This document shows, piece by piece, positions 54,652 through 64,000 of a stretch of 64,000 bases of DNA. This DNA comes from a virus, in IMG/VR virus record IMGVR_UViG_3300048883_000431, positions 1-64,000 of that record; one strand, given 5' to 3'. Position numbers and translations under genes: made by a program. The notes beneath the pieces are model-generated. The model saw only the letters and a list, made by a program, of their open reading frames with translations. It ran no database searches and was not told the origin of the DNA. Position 1 is the stretch's first letter. Each line of letters opens with the position of its first letter.

Positions 54652-57267
54652 ATGTCGGAGATCTACGTCCAGGAGGGCGTCTGGCACCACCTCGCCGTGG
54701 TGTGGGACGATAACGCGAACACCTCTGCCATCTACATCGACGGTGTGGAGGTGTTCGCGGGGACTGCCACCAGCGGAAACTTGCCCACGGTGTCCTCCCT
54801 CCAGAACGTGATGGGGATTGGCGGGCTCGTTGGGGGCTACGGCGCAACCTCCGTTCAGGAGCTCTCCGGCGGGGACAGCATCGAATCCGACATCGACGGC
54901 CCCACGATATGGGGCAAGGCCCTCACCGCCACCGAGATTCTTCGACTGTTCACGGCGTCTGGCAGTCCCGTCGTTGCCGATGGGTCCGCACAGATCGCGG
55001 CCAAGGGGTCCAGCTTCCGCGTAGCGCCCTCCCATATCCTTGCCCACGTTCCTTTTGACGACGACGAGTCGCTATCGCTTACGTCCAGCCTGGTGGCCTC
55101 CACGCAGCTCATTAAGTACCTCGGCACAGGGTTCGGCGGACGTTACAACATCGGAACGTCCTCGGGGGCCGGCGCGACAAACGTCTACCTCGATCTCCTA
55201 AGCTCCCTCGCGAACACGGACACGAACGAGACCGACCAGCCCATCTTTTGGACCGACCACTTCCGCACCACAAGCCCGCAGAACCTGTATAGGTTGTACA
55301 ACCGTGCGACGAGCGGGGCGATGGACTCGGAGATAGTAAGCGCGGCCTCCTGGGCAGAAGGCTCTCACCTACTCACCGTGTCCGACGATCTAAACGCTAC
55401 GTACGACAAGGATGTCGGGCAGCTACAGCGCAACCTCATTGCCGACGGCGACTTCGAGATTCCGGGCGGGTTTGGGTCAAGCTCCTACTGGGCTGATGTT
55501 GGAGGAGCAACGACCAGCAGGCAGACCGGGGCACTCGTCTCGCAGGGACAGGCCTCCGCGAAGATAGTCAGCGCCGGATCGGCCGAAGGAACCTCCCAGG
55601 ATTTGAGGGGTGGGTACGCCTCGACTTCGGGGAGTACCTACAACTCAACGGACTGGGTGGCCTTCTTCGACTTCTACCCAACTATGGCGGTCAGTGGCTC
55701 CGGAGCCATCAGCTTCTTGGAAACCTCGTCGACCACGAGCACGACCGGTCTCTACTATGTAGCATTCGACCAGAAGACCGAGTGGGGCGATGCGATTGCG
55801 CAGGACTCGTGGAACCAGATGGTGTATGTCCACACCGGAAACGCTTACGACGCCGAGAACTACTTCCACCTCATAAACCCCGCGTCCGGGACCGCCTACT
55901 ATGACAACGCGCAGCTTCTGATGAGTGAGATTGTCGAGGGGAACTTCCACCTCGGGACTAACGGGAGCTGGAGTGCGTCAGGAACGGCCGCCGCACACTG
56001 GAGCATTCTTGCGGCGGGGGGGTTCGGGGTGTTCGCCGAGAGGTCCCACGTCGGGGCCAGATACGGGACTGTTGCGCTACCGGTGGAGGCCACCACAGAT
56101 ATAACGCAGACGTTCAGCCTGGCGTCGAGGGGCAGTAGGCGGTTCCTTGCGACCGTGTACGCCAAGCTCATAGACGGCGACGCCGTCACTGCCACGCTGG
56201 CGGTGAAGGACGACGGTGGGACCACCCTCGCAACCGTCTCCGAGTCCCTTACCACCGTCGCGGCCACTGGGGACTACACCAAGCTCTCGGTCCTGTTCGC
56301 CGCAGACACTGACGCTGGCTCTAACCACGACATGGTGGTGACCATCACGGGGGATGCCGGTGACGTGGTGTACCTCGCCACCGCCTACGTCATCGAGATG
56401 ACCGCGATCCCCGGCGAGGTCCGTGTGATGCCCGAGGAGCACGCCATCGTCCCCACGAAGGATCGCGCGGGCGCGCAGTTCGTGCCGGGCAACCAGGGAC
56501 TTTCGTTCAGCACGACGTACCTCAACCCGAACGAAGCCGGGTTCCTCGTCCGATTCCGACCTCAGTTCTCCAGCGATCTGAACGAGGCGACGCCGCGCGC
56601 ACTGTTCGACTGGAAGGTCGACGCCAATAACGCGGTGAGTCTTTCCTACATATCGGGGGTATGGGAGTCCACCTGGGAACAGGGCGGCACGGACAGGGAC
56701 GTGACCCCGGCCACCGTCACTGCGTTCGGGCACGACGACCTCATGGAGCTTTCCGGGTGGTTCGATACCGAGGGTCGGAGTATCGACGGTACGACCTACT
56801 ACGGGAAACTGTTCCTAAACGGTGAGGAGATAGGGAGCACCACCACCGCGTGCCCTGCTATGAGCGCCTCCCTGGCCACCGCGTACGTGGGGTCCGACAG
56901 CAGCGCGAACTCCGCCGCGAGCGTCATAGACGAAATCTATCTGATGACACAGGCCCCGACCGACCTGGAGTGCAAGGGGTTCTACGTCCAGGGCGACGCA
57001 CTACACAACGATAATCGGGACTTCTCGTGGATCGCGACCACCAACGCGGGGGACCACATCCGTCTCGACACCTTCACGCAGACGTTCGAGGTCTACAATA
57101 CGCCGGACATCCCCGAAGGCGCGGGGGACTTGGCCACGAGGAGCGCGCTCACCGCCGCGACCGGGGTTCCGCCGTCGGTCAAGCCGTACGGCTCCCGAAA
57201 GGGTTGGGTGGTTGTGGACAAGAACGTGAAGGAACTTAGGATCACCTACCGCAAAGAGTTCATATAA
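54652..57267 (+). CDS. LamG/CBM-containing tail protein, apparent C-terminal part of Dit
   Basis: Starts WHHLAVVWD...IYIDG; NLIADGDFE CBM-like module; second LamG; ends GDHIRLD...ELRITYRKEFI. Confidence 0.7.
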   Translation: MSEIYVQEGVWHHLAVVWDDNANTSAIYIDGVEVFAGTATSGNLPTVSSLQNVMGIGGLVGGYGATSVQELSGGDSIESDIDGPTIWGKALTATEILRLFTASGSPVVADGSAQIAAKGSSFRVAPSHILAHVPFDDDESLSLTSSLVASTQLIKYLGTGFGGRYNIGTSSGAGATNVYLDLLSSLANTDTNETDQPIFWTDHFRTTSPQNLYRLYNRATSGAMDSEIVSAASWAEGSHLLTVSDDLNATYDKDVGQLQRNLIADGDFEIPGGFGSSSYWADVGGATTSRQTGALVSQGQASAKIVSAGSAEGTSQDLRGGYASTSGSTYNSTDWVAFFDFYPTMAVSGSGAISFLETSSTTSTTGLYYVAFDQKTEWGDAIAQDSWNQMVYVHTGNAYDAENYFHLINPASGTAYYDNAQLLMSEIVEGNFHLGTNGSWSASGTAAAHWSILAAGGFGVFAERSHVGARYGTVALPVEATTDITQTFSLASRGSRRFLATVYAKLIDGDAVTATLAVKDDGGTTLATVSESLTTVAATGDYTKLSVLFAADTDAGSNHDMVVTITGDAGDVVYLATAYVIEMTAIPGEVRVMPEEHAIVPTKDRAGAQFVPGNQGLSFSTTYLNPNEAGFLVRFRPQFSSDLNEATPRALFDWKVDANNAVSLSYISGVWESTWEQGGTDRDVTPATVTAFGHDDLMELSGWFDTEGRSIDGTTYYGKLFLNGEEIGSTTTACPAMSASLATAYVGSDSSANSAASVIDEIYLMTQAPTDLECKGFYVQGDALHNDNRDFSWIATTNAGDHIRLDTFTQTFEVYNTPDIPEGAGDLATRSALTAATGVPPSVKPYGSRKGWVVVDKNVKELRITYRKEFI

Positions 57268-60200
57268 ATGCCATCTGAGCGGTTTTTCCTACAGGTATGG
57301 GACAAGGACGCGAAGCTCGTCACCCACTGGCTCCCCTACGCCCACGACATTGTGGAGGAGGAGGAGCTCAACGTCGAGCACACGCTCAAGTTCAAGCTCC
57401 CCATGTCGGACTCGCGGTCGGCTGACGTCGGGTTCCGTAATATCGTGCGGCTCATCGACGCGGAGAAGGGGTTCTTCGCTACGTCGTGCTCCGGTGTGGA
57501 CGAGGGAGCCAAGACGATAGACGTTCCTGACGCAAGTCGCCTATCCGTGGACGACTACGTCCTCATCTACGACTCCCCGACCACGCCAACCAAGTCGTTC
57601 GTCGCCAAGATACTCGCCGTGGACGGAACAACGCTGACGCTGTCACGGATGGACTTCGTGCCCACCGCAGGGACAGAGTCTGGCGGACGCACCTACGCGG
57701 AGATTGAGGGGGACGCCTACGTCGACTGGGTGGGGCGCGGGTACATCGACCTCCTCGGCGACTCGGGCGTCGCGAGTACCGGGTCGCCGGTAATGAAGTG
57801 GACGGGTAAGACGTTCCGCGTATGGGACGTCCGAGACAGTCGCGGGGCGGACGGAGCCCCCGTCCGGGATGTCACGTGCAACCACATAAGCTACGACCTC
57901 AACGACACACGGTTCCTAATAGACAGTCGAACGGACATCACGTTTGGACTGGCATCCACACAGTCGGTTACCAGCAAGCTCATCACCCCGGAGAGGATAG
58001 TGGACGAGGTCGTCAAGACCCAGAGAACCGCGGCAACCGATTTCTCCAATGGGTGGATCAAGGGCGACATCAGTGCACAACTGACGAAGCGTACGGAGAC
58101 CACCTACTCCGCGTCCGTGGCGATAAGCACGGCATCGAGGACGGTGACGGGAACCGGAACCTCCTTCCTATCGGGGGTACGGCAGGGGAGCCGACTCTAC
58201 ACGATCAACCTCGGGACCCTCAACGCCATTGTCGACTACGTGGTTTCCGACACGGAGCTACTACTCAAGTCCCTCCCACGGTTCACCACGACATCCGCAG
58301 TTATACAGACCGACCCCGACGTCCGCACCTTCGAGTTCGACACCAACGGGAGCCTTCGATCCGCCATCGTCAAGATAGCGGAGGTCTGGCGTGACGACAA
58401 ACAGGACGTCCACCTGACCTACGGCGAGGACAAGTCGATCAACGTGGCGAAGGTGGATAACCCGAACGCATCCGATCCCACCGGGGACATGGAGATACGT
58501 CTCGGGAAGAACCTCCAGTCGTCCTCGCGGAAGCAAGACGTAGCGGGGTTCGGGAACACCGTGTACGCGACGGGCGGGACAAGCGGGTGGGTGGGAGCGC
58601 AAACGGGACAGCACTTTACCATAGGGGGTAATCCGGCCACGCTTCCGTTCCACCGTAACACCCGTGACAAGTTCCGTCTAGACACCCCGACCGAGATACG
58701 TCAGCTACGGTGGGGCGACCCCGTCACGATCATGCACCAGCCCATGAACGTGAACGTGAGCGGGTGGACTGACGACAACGAGATTTTGATTAACTTCCGC
58801 GGGGCAATCCCCACCATATCCAGCGCTCTAGGCGATACGTTCGGCCACCTCGACTCCGACACAACCTACTACTTCCGAGTGGCTCCGGTGGACGCGGACG
58901 GTAAGGAGGGGCCTGCCTCACTGGAGGCCACGGAAACACTGGCCCCTGGGGAGCACTCCGTCATGGTGTCCTACTCGGGGGGCGGGTCTACCTACAGGGT
59001 CTACTTCTCAACCACATCCGGGGAGTACACGGAATACATCACCGACACGGCCTCCCCCTTCCAGCTTACGACCGAGGGAGGGGCCAAGAAGGGCTCCCCC
59101 AAGGACTTCGACGCGACGAGCTACACAAACGGCATGATACTCGTCCGTGACTACGACAGCTCCGGTGCGGGCTCGGTCGTCGACGTGGACATCGGAGCGG
59201 GACAGCTACGGACCATCGAGTCCATGACCAAGGTGGGCCACGTGTCGAACACGGACGAGTCCTCTCTCTACTACCGCGTCAAGACTACCAGCCCTTGGGC
59301 AGTCCTTCCGTCAACCCACTACGATGTCGTCTTGTGCAAGGGCCCCGACGCGTTTATGACTCCCATAACCGGGTTCGGGGTGTTCCAGAAGCGTCTGCCG
59401 TCCGACGGAAGCTACTCCAGCCAGGAGCCCCATGCCACCATCGAGACTGGGTCGGGGGGCCGCCGGTTCAACGCGCGGCTCGGGGACCCGGGGGTGGGGT
59501 ACCAGTCAAGCACCCACGCTTCGGGCTTTGACACGTTCAAGGACCACTACACGGGCGGGGTCATCCAGCTTAGGGACAGTAGGGGGACGTCCGCTACGAC
59601 TAGTTCCCTGGCGGACGATACCCAGCTTGACGGGCAGCAGCGAGTGATACTGTCCAGCGGGCGTGGGAGTCAGAACGAGTCCCACGCGTCGCAGACGGAC
59701 ATGATCGTTAAGTTCAAGAGCCCCGGAACCCTCAACAACCTCCTCCCCCACTACGAGATGACGGGTCCATCGCAGCTTGTGCACGAATACGACGACGGGG
59801 ACTACGACATCACCACGGAAATCGTTACCACCCCAGTCAACGGACTGAGGGTCACGGTGGTCGGGGCGGAGCGCACACGTACGAACACGGTGACCTACAC
59901 CAACTCGGCGTCACAGAAGTACGGGCAGGATCGCGGCGGGGAACTCGACTTCCTTGAGATTTCCGTGGGGGACGAAGTCTACGCGGAGTACGGCGGGGAG
60001 TGGCTGATCGGGAACGTGGGGATGGTCGACGTGGCCAACAAGCGTGTCTGGCTCGACGGCGGGTTTATCAACGGGATGTACACCGGAGGGTCACTCGACG
60101 AGCACACCCCGTCGACGAACGCCCCCATGATTATCCGCAAGCCTCGGCCCAACTTCAACCACGAGTCCGGCATTGGAAACATGTTCCATCCGGTCCTTCA

Positions 60201-61884
60201 CCGGGACAGTGCCGGGGACGGGGATTCGCCGGATTCTGTTCAGGGACACTGCTACTTGGCGGAAGCGGACTACACCGACTCGGGTGGGGATACCGCCTCC
60301 TGGGGGACTGGTGCTGAATCCGACGTCGGCGGGGTCAAGGAGGGGATTGGGCACGCCCTGGAGGTATCCACGCAGAGCGCGATTGAGAACCAGCTCTACC
60401 TTCTTTGGGACGGCGCGGCATCGACCACGCACACCGACATCACCCTCAAAAGGATACTCCTCGTTCGGCCGAACACCTTCACCTGGGTGTCGACCCTACA
60501 GTCCCCCTTCAAGTACGCCGACGGGGATGTTGTCGTTCTTATGATCGCGGAGACCGGCGGTCCCCTAACAATTGGTAAGCGCATTGCGGGGCAGTCCTGG
60601 GTCTACGGGGTCACCGGGGACCTCTCGGAGGACCACGAGTACGGGGGTATCACGGGGACGGCGATCCCGGTCCAGGATGGGCATGGGGTAAGGTTCCCCG
60701 CCGGGTCGCGTGTCTTCATCGGTGCCCAGGCCCCAAACACCGCCATCGAGTACGCCACCCGACGGGGGGACGCTAGGCTCGGGCAGGTACGCGAGGTGGA
60801 CAGTGTGGTAGTGGGCGCGGATCAGTCCCCCACGAGAGCGTTCGACATTCTCAACCTCACGGCGCGTTTGGACACCCTCCCCCAGCCGGGCGACCGGGTC
60901 GAGGTCCTGACGGTGGCGGACGCGGCGTCGATCTCCACCTACGGGCGCGTGGAACGCCCTGCCGAGCACACGGAAATCCTGGACCCCGAGGAGCTCTACC
61001 GGATTGCCCGGAAGGACTTACGACTAGGGAAGGACCCGATCCCACGCTACGAGGTGTCCGTGCTTGATCTGGAGTTTATGAACCCGACCAGTCGATACGA
61101 GTTCGACGGGGCGGTCATCGGGAACACATACAGGATCATAGACAGCGACTACGACCTGGATAGGTCTGACTTCAAGCTCGTGAAGATCAAGCGGGACTAC
61201 GAGACCCCCCTTGAGTCCCGGATGCAGTTCGACCACCACGAGAAGACGCTCATGCGTGGATTCACTCTGTCCACGGAGTTCCGTCTCCGCAAGGAAGCCC
61301 TGGCGAGAGAGCAAGTACGGTACGCCCAGGACTCGCCCAAGTGCATCTACTTCGACACGGTCACCCGACGGTGCAGGAAGGTCAAGCCGCCGAACTCGTT
61401 CTGCAATACGCAGTCGAGCAACCGCGACGGGCGTCTTCGCGGCGACAACGCACGCTTGACCACCAGTGACTGTCGGAACTTCACCCCGCCTGACAACGCG
61501 AACCTGAAATTCTTCAGCCACACGGATTCGCAGAGCTTCACGCTGGGGAGTGGGACCACGAGCCTGTCCTTCGACCTCGACGTGCTCGCCAACCCCGATC
61601 AAGGGACCACGGGGATGCAGTGGGACATCGAGGACAAGCCGAAGCCCGTCGCGTTCGTGACCGACGCCTACTACCTGGACCAGTACTCCAACAAGACGTA
61701 CGTGTCCCCCGGGGACCTCTCCGCCACGTTTGACCAGGACGACGACGGGGAGTTCACACCCAACGACGCTTTCTTCGGTACGGGAGCCCGTGTTACAATA
61801 GCCAGAGCCGGGTCGTTTGACTCCGGCGAGGCGTTGACCATCTTAGGAACACTACTGGTCGTTCTTCCTGGGTCTAGGGCTTAA
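57268..61884 (+). CDS. Tail tip/hub (Tal-like) minor structural protein with FN3-like insert
   Basis: EEELNVEHTLKFKLP, CNHISYDLND, IRLGKNL, NTVYATG, TYYFRVAPVDADGKEG. Confidence 0.78.
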   Translation: MPSERFFLQVWDKDAKLVTHWLPYAHDIVEEEELNVEHTLKFKLPMSDSRSADVGFRNIVRLIDAEKGFFATSCSGVDEGAKTIDVPDASRLSVDDYVLIYDSPTTPTKSFVAKILAVDGTTLTLSRMDFVPTAGTESGGRTYAEIEGDAYVDWVGRGYIDLLGDSGVASTGSPVMKWTGKTFRVWDVRDSRGADGAPVRDVTCNHISYDLNDTRFLIDSRTDITFGLASTQSVTSKLITPERIVDEVVKTQRTAATDFSNGWIKGDISAQLTKRTETTYSASVAISTASRTVTGTGTSFLSGVRQGSRLYTINLGTLNAIVDYVVSDTELLLKSLPRFTTTSAVIQTDPDVRTFEFDTNGSLRSAIVKIAEVWRDDKQDVHLTYGEDKSINVAKVDNPNASDPTGDMEIRLGKNLQSSSRKQDVAGFGNTVYATGGTSGWVGAQTGQHFTIGGNPATLPFHRNTRDKFRLDTPTEIRQLRWGDPVTIMHQPMNVNVSGWTDDNEILINFRGAIPTISSALGDTFGHLDSDTTYYFRVAPVDADGKEGPASLEATETLAPGEHSVMVSYSGGGSTYRVYFSTTSGEYTEYITDTASPFQLTTEGGAKKGSPKDFDATSYTNGMILVRDYDSSGAGSVVDVDIGAGQLRTIESMTKVGHVSNTDESSLYYRVKTTSPWAVLPSTHYDVVLCKGPDAFMTPITGFGVFQKRLPSDGSYSSQEPHATIETGSGGRRFNARLGDPGVGYQSSTHASGFDTFKDHYTGGVIQLRDSRGTSATTSSLADDTQLDGQQRVILSSGRGSQNESHASQTDMIVKFKSPGTLNNLLPHYEMTGPSQLVHEYDDGDYDITTEIVTTPVNGLRVTVVGAERTRTNTVTYTNSASQKYGQDRGGELDFLEISVGDEVYAEYGGEWLIGNVGMVDVANKRVWLDGGFINGMYTGGSLDEHTPSTNAPMIIRKPRPNFNHESGIGNMFHPVLHRDSAGDGDSPDSVQGHCYLAEADYTDSGGDTASWGTGAESDVGGVKEGIGHALEVSTQSAIENQLYLLWDGAASTTHTDITLKRILLVRPNTFTWVSTLQSPFKYADGDVVVLMIAETGGPLTIGKRIAGQSWVYGVTGDLSEDHEYGGITGTAIPVQDGHGVRFPAGSRVFIGAQAPNTAIEYATRRGDARLGQVREVDSVVVGADQSPTRAFDILNLTARLDTLPQPGDRVEVLTVADAASISTYGRVERPAEHTEILDPEELYRIARKDLRLGKDPIPRYEVSVLDLEFMNPTSRYEFDGAVIGNTYRIIDSDYDLDRSDFKLVKIKRDYETPLESRMQFDHHEKTLMRGFTLSTEFRLRKEALAREQVRYAQDSPKCIYFDTVTRRCRKVKPPNSFCNTQSSNRDGRLRGDNARLTTSDCRNFTPPDNANLKFFSHTDSQSFTLGSGTTSLSFDLDVLANPDQGTTGMQWDIEDKPKPVAFVTDAYYLDQYSNKTYVSPGDLSATFDQDDDGEFTPNDAFFGTGARVTIARAGSFDSGEALTILGTLLVVLPGSRA

Positions 61885-64000
61885 TGGGACACAACTCCAT
61901 CGTCTACCAGAGGGAAACTGGGGCCATCGTCCAGAAGACCTCGTCCATGTCCGTCCTTCAGCCGCGCGATGTAGCTAAGGGGCTGGTTCTCCTACATCTC
62001 CCGGCCCATCTCAGCCGAATACTGCTGGTGGAGCACACCCACGTCCGATTGTCCAACGGGGAGGCTGTCGGCTTCCACGCCGTGGGCGGTGGGTTCGGGG
62101 GGTCAGCAATATCCCACACCCAGCCCCTGGTACCCGACGGCAAGGCCAGTAAGATCGCGGTGTCCGCTCTTGGGGACGTCATACTGTCCCTACCCGCTGC
62201 CGAAGAATACGCCCGGACCCTTGACGGGGGGATCACCTACATAACCGACGGGCAGATGGTCGAGTTCCTGAGTCGGATTCCGTTCGTAGCCCGCGCGGTC
62301 TCCGGTCTACGCGCAAGATACGCCCCTGGGAGATACATCAACCTCGGGACACTGGGCGAGGCGGTTCCTCCAAGCGAACGACTCCCCCGACCGGAGCAGT
62401 ACGCGGACATCCTTGGGGTCACCCTCAGCCTGACGAGTATGCCGAATTACCTGACGTCGGGACCAGAGGAACTGGCCTGGGCCTCGTCCGTCGTGGAGAA
62501 TCTCCCTCGCCCCATCGTGATGGTGTCCCCCTTCACGGGGAGCACGTTGAAGGAGTGGCGTAAGGAGCGCGATCTCATGGCAGCCATGCCCGACGTGACC
62601 TTCCTGATGGTGGGGAAGAAGTCGGCGTCCACCGGGCTAGACAACGTCGTGAGCTTGGGCGGTCGGACAACGGTCACGTCGCTCATGTCCCTGATGACAC
62701 TGTGCGATGCAGGCGGCTTCTTGGACACCGGACTCATGCACGTGGCCGGTATGGTGGGGACGCCCTACGTTGCAGTCTTTGGAGGGGTCCATCCCCCGGT
62801 CGAGTTCACATCCCTCTACGATACCGTCCACACGCTGTCATCGCGGGATCATCGCGCCGTCACGGACATGTCCACGTCGGACTGCTCCCCCTGCTACCTC
62901 GGTAAGTCAGGCTCATGCTTGGGGACCGAGCACGAGCGGTGGTGTATGCGGAGTATCGAGATCGACGAGGTGGGGACCAAGCTCCGGGAAGTGCTTGATG
63001 GGAACGGGCGCAGGGGGCCGAGTAAGTGGTCCACGCCGAAGGGGCGTCCACGAAAGGCCACAAAGAGCGTAGCAGTTGTGTGCGTTGGCGGGTTCGGGGA
63101 CACCCTGGTGGCCCTCAACACCCTCCGGGAGTTATCCCCCAAGCTCCGAGAATCCTACCCAAGCGCGGAGATCGACTTCGTAGTTCGGGACGACTATCGG
63201 GCACTGAAGGACCTGCCCTGGTTTGACAACTGGCGGGCGGTCTCCGGTGGCACGACCCAGGCGAAGTCCATGGAGTGGTGCCAGAGTAACTACGACCTCA
63301 CGATAGAGCTCAAGCACGGCAACCCCAAGTCGGACCCGTTCGGTCCCGACCCCATAGCTCTGGTACAGTCCAGAAACCTCGGAGACCTGTCGTTTACCCC
63401 GGACGGTGGGACTCTCACGCACCACCTCGACGTCCTCTCCCCTGGACGTGCCGAGGTGGCCCGGCTATCCCGGGTGCTTCCGCCCGAAGGGGAGTACGTG
63501 GTCTTGGCGAACGGGACCGACGTGACACTTGGGAATCTGACGAAGGCAGTGGGGGGCAAGTTCTTCGGCGACCTGGGACGCCTCATCGCCGAAGCCGGGC
63601 TTACGCCGGTGGTCGTAGGTGTCAAGGGGGCGGGAGCTGTCGCGATCCCCGGCGCGCTCGATCTTGTGGGGAAGACCAGTCTCGGAGGGCTGGCGTCCGT
63701 CCTTCGCGGCGCGCGCGGGGTGGTGTCCATCGACAACGGGGTTGTTCACCTCGCCTCCCAGATAGGCGTCCCGTGTGTCGTTCTGTTTGGGCCGACCAGC
63801 GCCGCCTTCTGGGGGTACGAGTTCAACCTGAACGTGACCCCCGAACCAAACACCTGCAGCGAGGCCCCCTGCTGGCTTACCACCCGGGATTGGCACACGG
63901 CCTGCAAGGTCGACCCGATGTCCACCGGGACCCCGGCCTGCATGGGTTCGTATGACGCTGCTAGAATATGGGCGTTGGCTGGTCGCTATCTGGAAGATCG
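61884..64000 (+). CDS. Tandem double GT9 (ADP-heptose:LPS heptosyltransferase-like) protein, runs off the window; absent from the ORF track
   Basis: Manual translation: ALGDVILSLP...KEW...DTGLMHVAGMVGTPYVAVFG...CSPC, then GGFGDTL...DLVGKTSL...IDNGVVHLASQIGVPCVVLFGPT. Confidence 0.88.
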   Translation, partial: MGHNSIVYQRETGAIVQKTSSMSVLQPRDVAKGLVLLHLPAHLSRILLVEHTHVRLSNGEAVGFHAVGGGFGGSAISHTQPLVPDGKASKIAVSALGDVILSLPAAEEYARTLDGGITYITDGQMVEFLSRIPFVARAVSGLRARYAPGRYINLGTLGEAVPPSERLPRPEQYADILGVTLSLTSMPNYLTSGPEELAWASSVVENLPRPIVMVSPFTGSTLKEWRKERDLMAAMPDVTFLMVGKKSASTGLDNVVSLGGRTTVTSLMSLMTLCDAGGFLDTGLMHVAGMVGTPYVAVFGGVHPPVEFTSLYDTVHTLSSRDHRAVTDMSTSDCSPCYLGKSGSCLGTEHERWCMRSIEIDEVGTKLREVLDGNGRRGPSKWSTPKGRPRKATKSVAVVCVGGFGDTLVALNTLRELSPKLRESYPSAEIDFVVRDDYRALKDLPWFDNWRAVSGGTTQAKSMEWCQSNYDLTIELKHGNPKSDPFGPDPIALVQSRNLGDLSFTPDGGTLTHHLDVLSPGRAEVARLSRVLPPEGEYVVLANGTDVTLGNLTKAVGGKFFGDLGRLIAEAGLTPVVVGVKGAGAVAIPGALDLVGKTSLGGLASVLRGARGVVSIDNGVVHLASQIGVPCVVLFGPTSAAFWGYEFNLNVTPEPNTCSEAPCWLTTRDWHTACKVDPMSTGTPACMGSYDAARIWALAGRYLED

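Noticed and set aside
1-64000. Stop-codon reassignment
   Set aside because: Conserved genes are full length in the standard code; TAA, TGA and TAG all end genes; no suppressor tRNA seen
1-64000. Prophage boundary or host chromosomal DNA
   Set aside because: No integrase, att-like duplication or host operon; host-like genes (dnaB, dcd, iscA, rnhA) are embedded among phage genes. Lifestyle and host cannot be determined from this window

Overview
The window is a GC-rich segment of a large tailed (siphovirus-like) bacteriophage genome; no integrase, rRNA or CRISPR array is visible. 1-3586 (+) is the tail end of a virion-type gene run, opening with a paralog of the tape-measure C-terminus and ending in an AT-rich IscA/ErpA gene. 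3653-13835 is mostly (-): DnaB, HAD nucleotidase, GH108 lysin, SNase nuclease, sigma factor, DUF1599/Nmad1, LAGLIDADG endonuclease, a tRNA/tRNA-like RNA cluster and dCTP deaminase. 14111-21904 is mostly (+): heptose-7-phosphate kinase, metallophosphoesterase, M15 peptidase, second sigma factor, family-A DNA polymerase and RNase HI. 22587-64000 (+) is an HK97-type morphogenesis region: terminases, portal, protease, scaffold, capsid, neck, tail tube, frameshifted chaperones, 2222-aa tape measure and tail tip. Four things stand out. (1) A dispersed heptose/glycan-building toolkit (HldA-type kinase, four GT9-like domains, GT2, GT4, GDP-sugar dehydratase/reductase, three methyltransferases, pyruvyltransferase) is interleaved with the head and tail genes. 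(2) There is a second, diverged tape-measure C-terminus plus a matching truncated gene remnant, suggesting two tail modules or module swapping. (3) A distal-tail (Dit) gene appears split in the middle of a LamG domain by a 3.1-kb tail-fibre cassette. (4) An operon of degenerate and armless tRNA-like RNAs and an unassigned structured RNA lies upstream of a homing endonuclease. All family assignments come from motif recognition by eye; no database searches were run.
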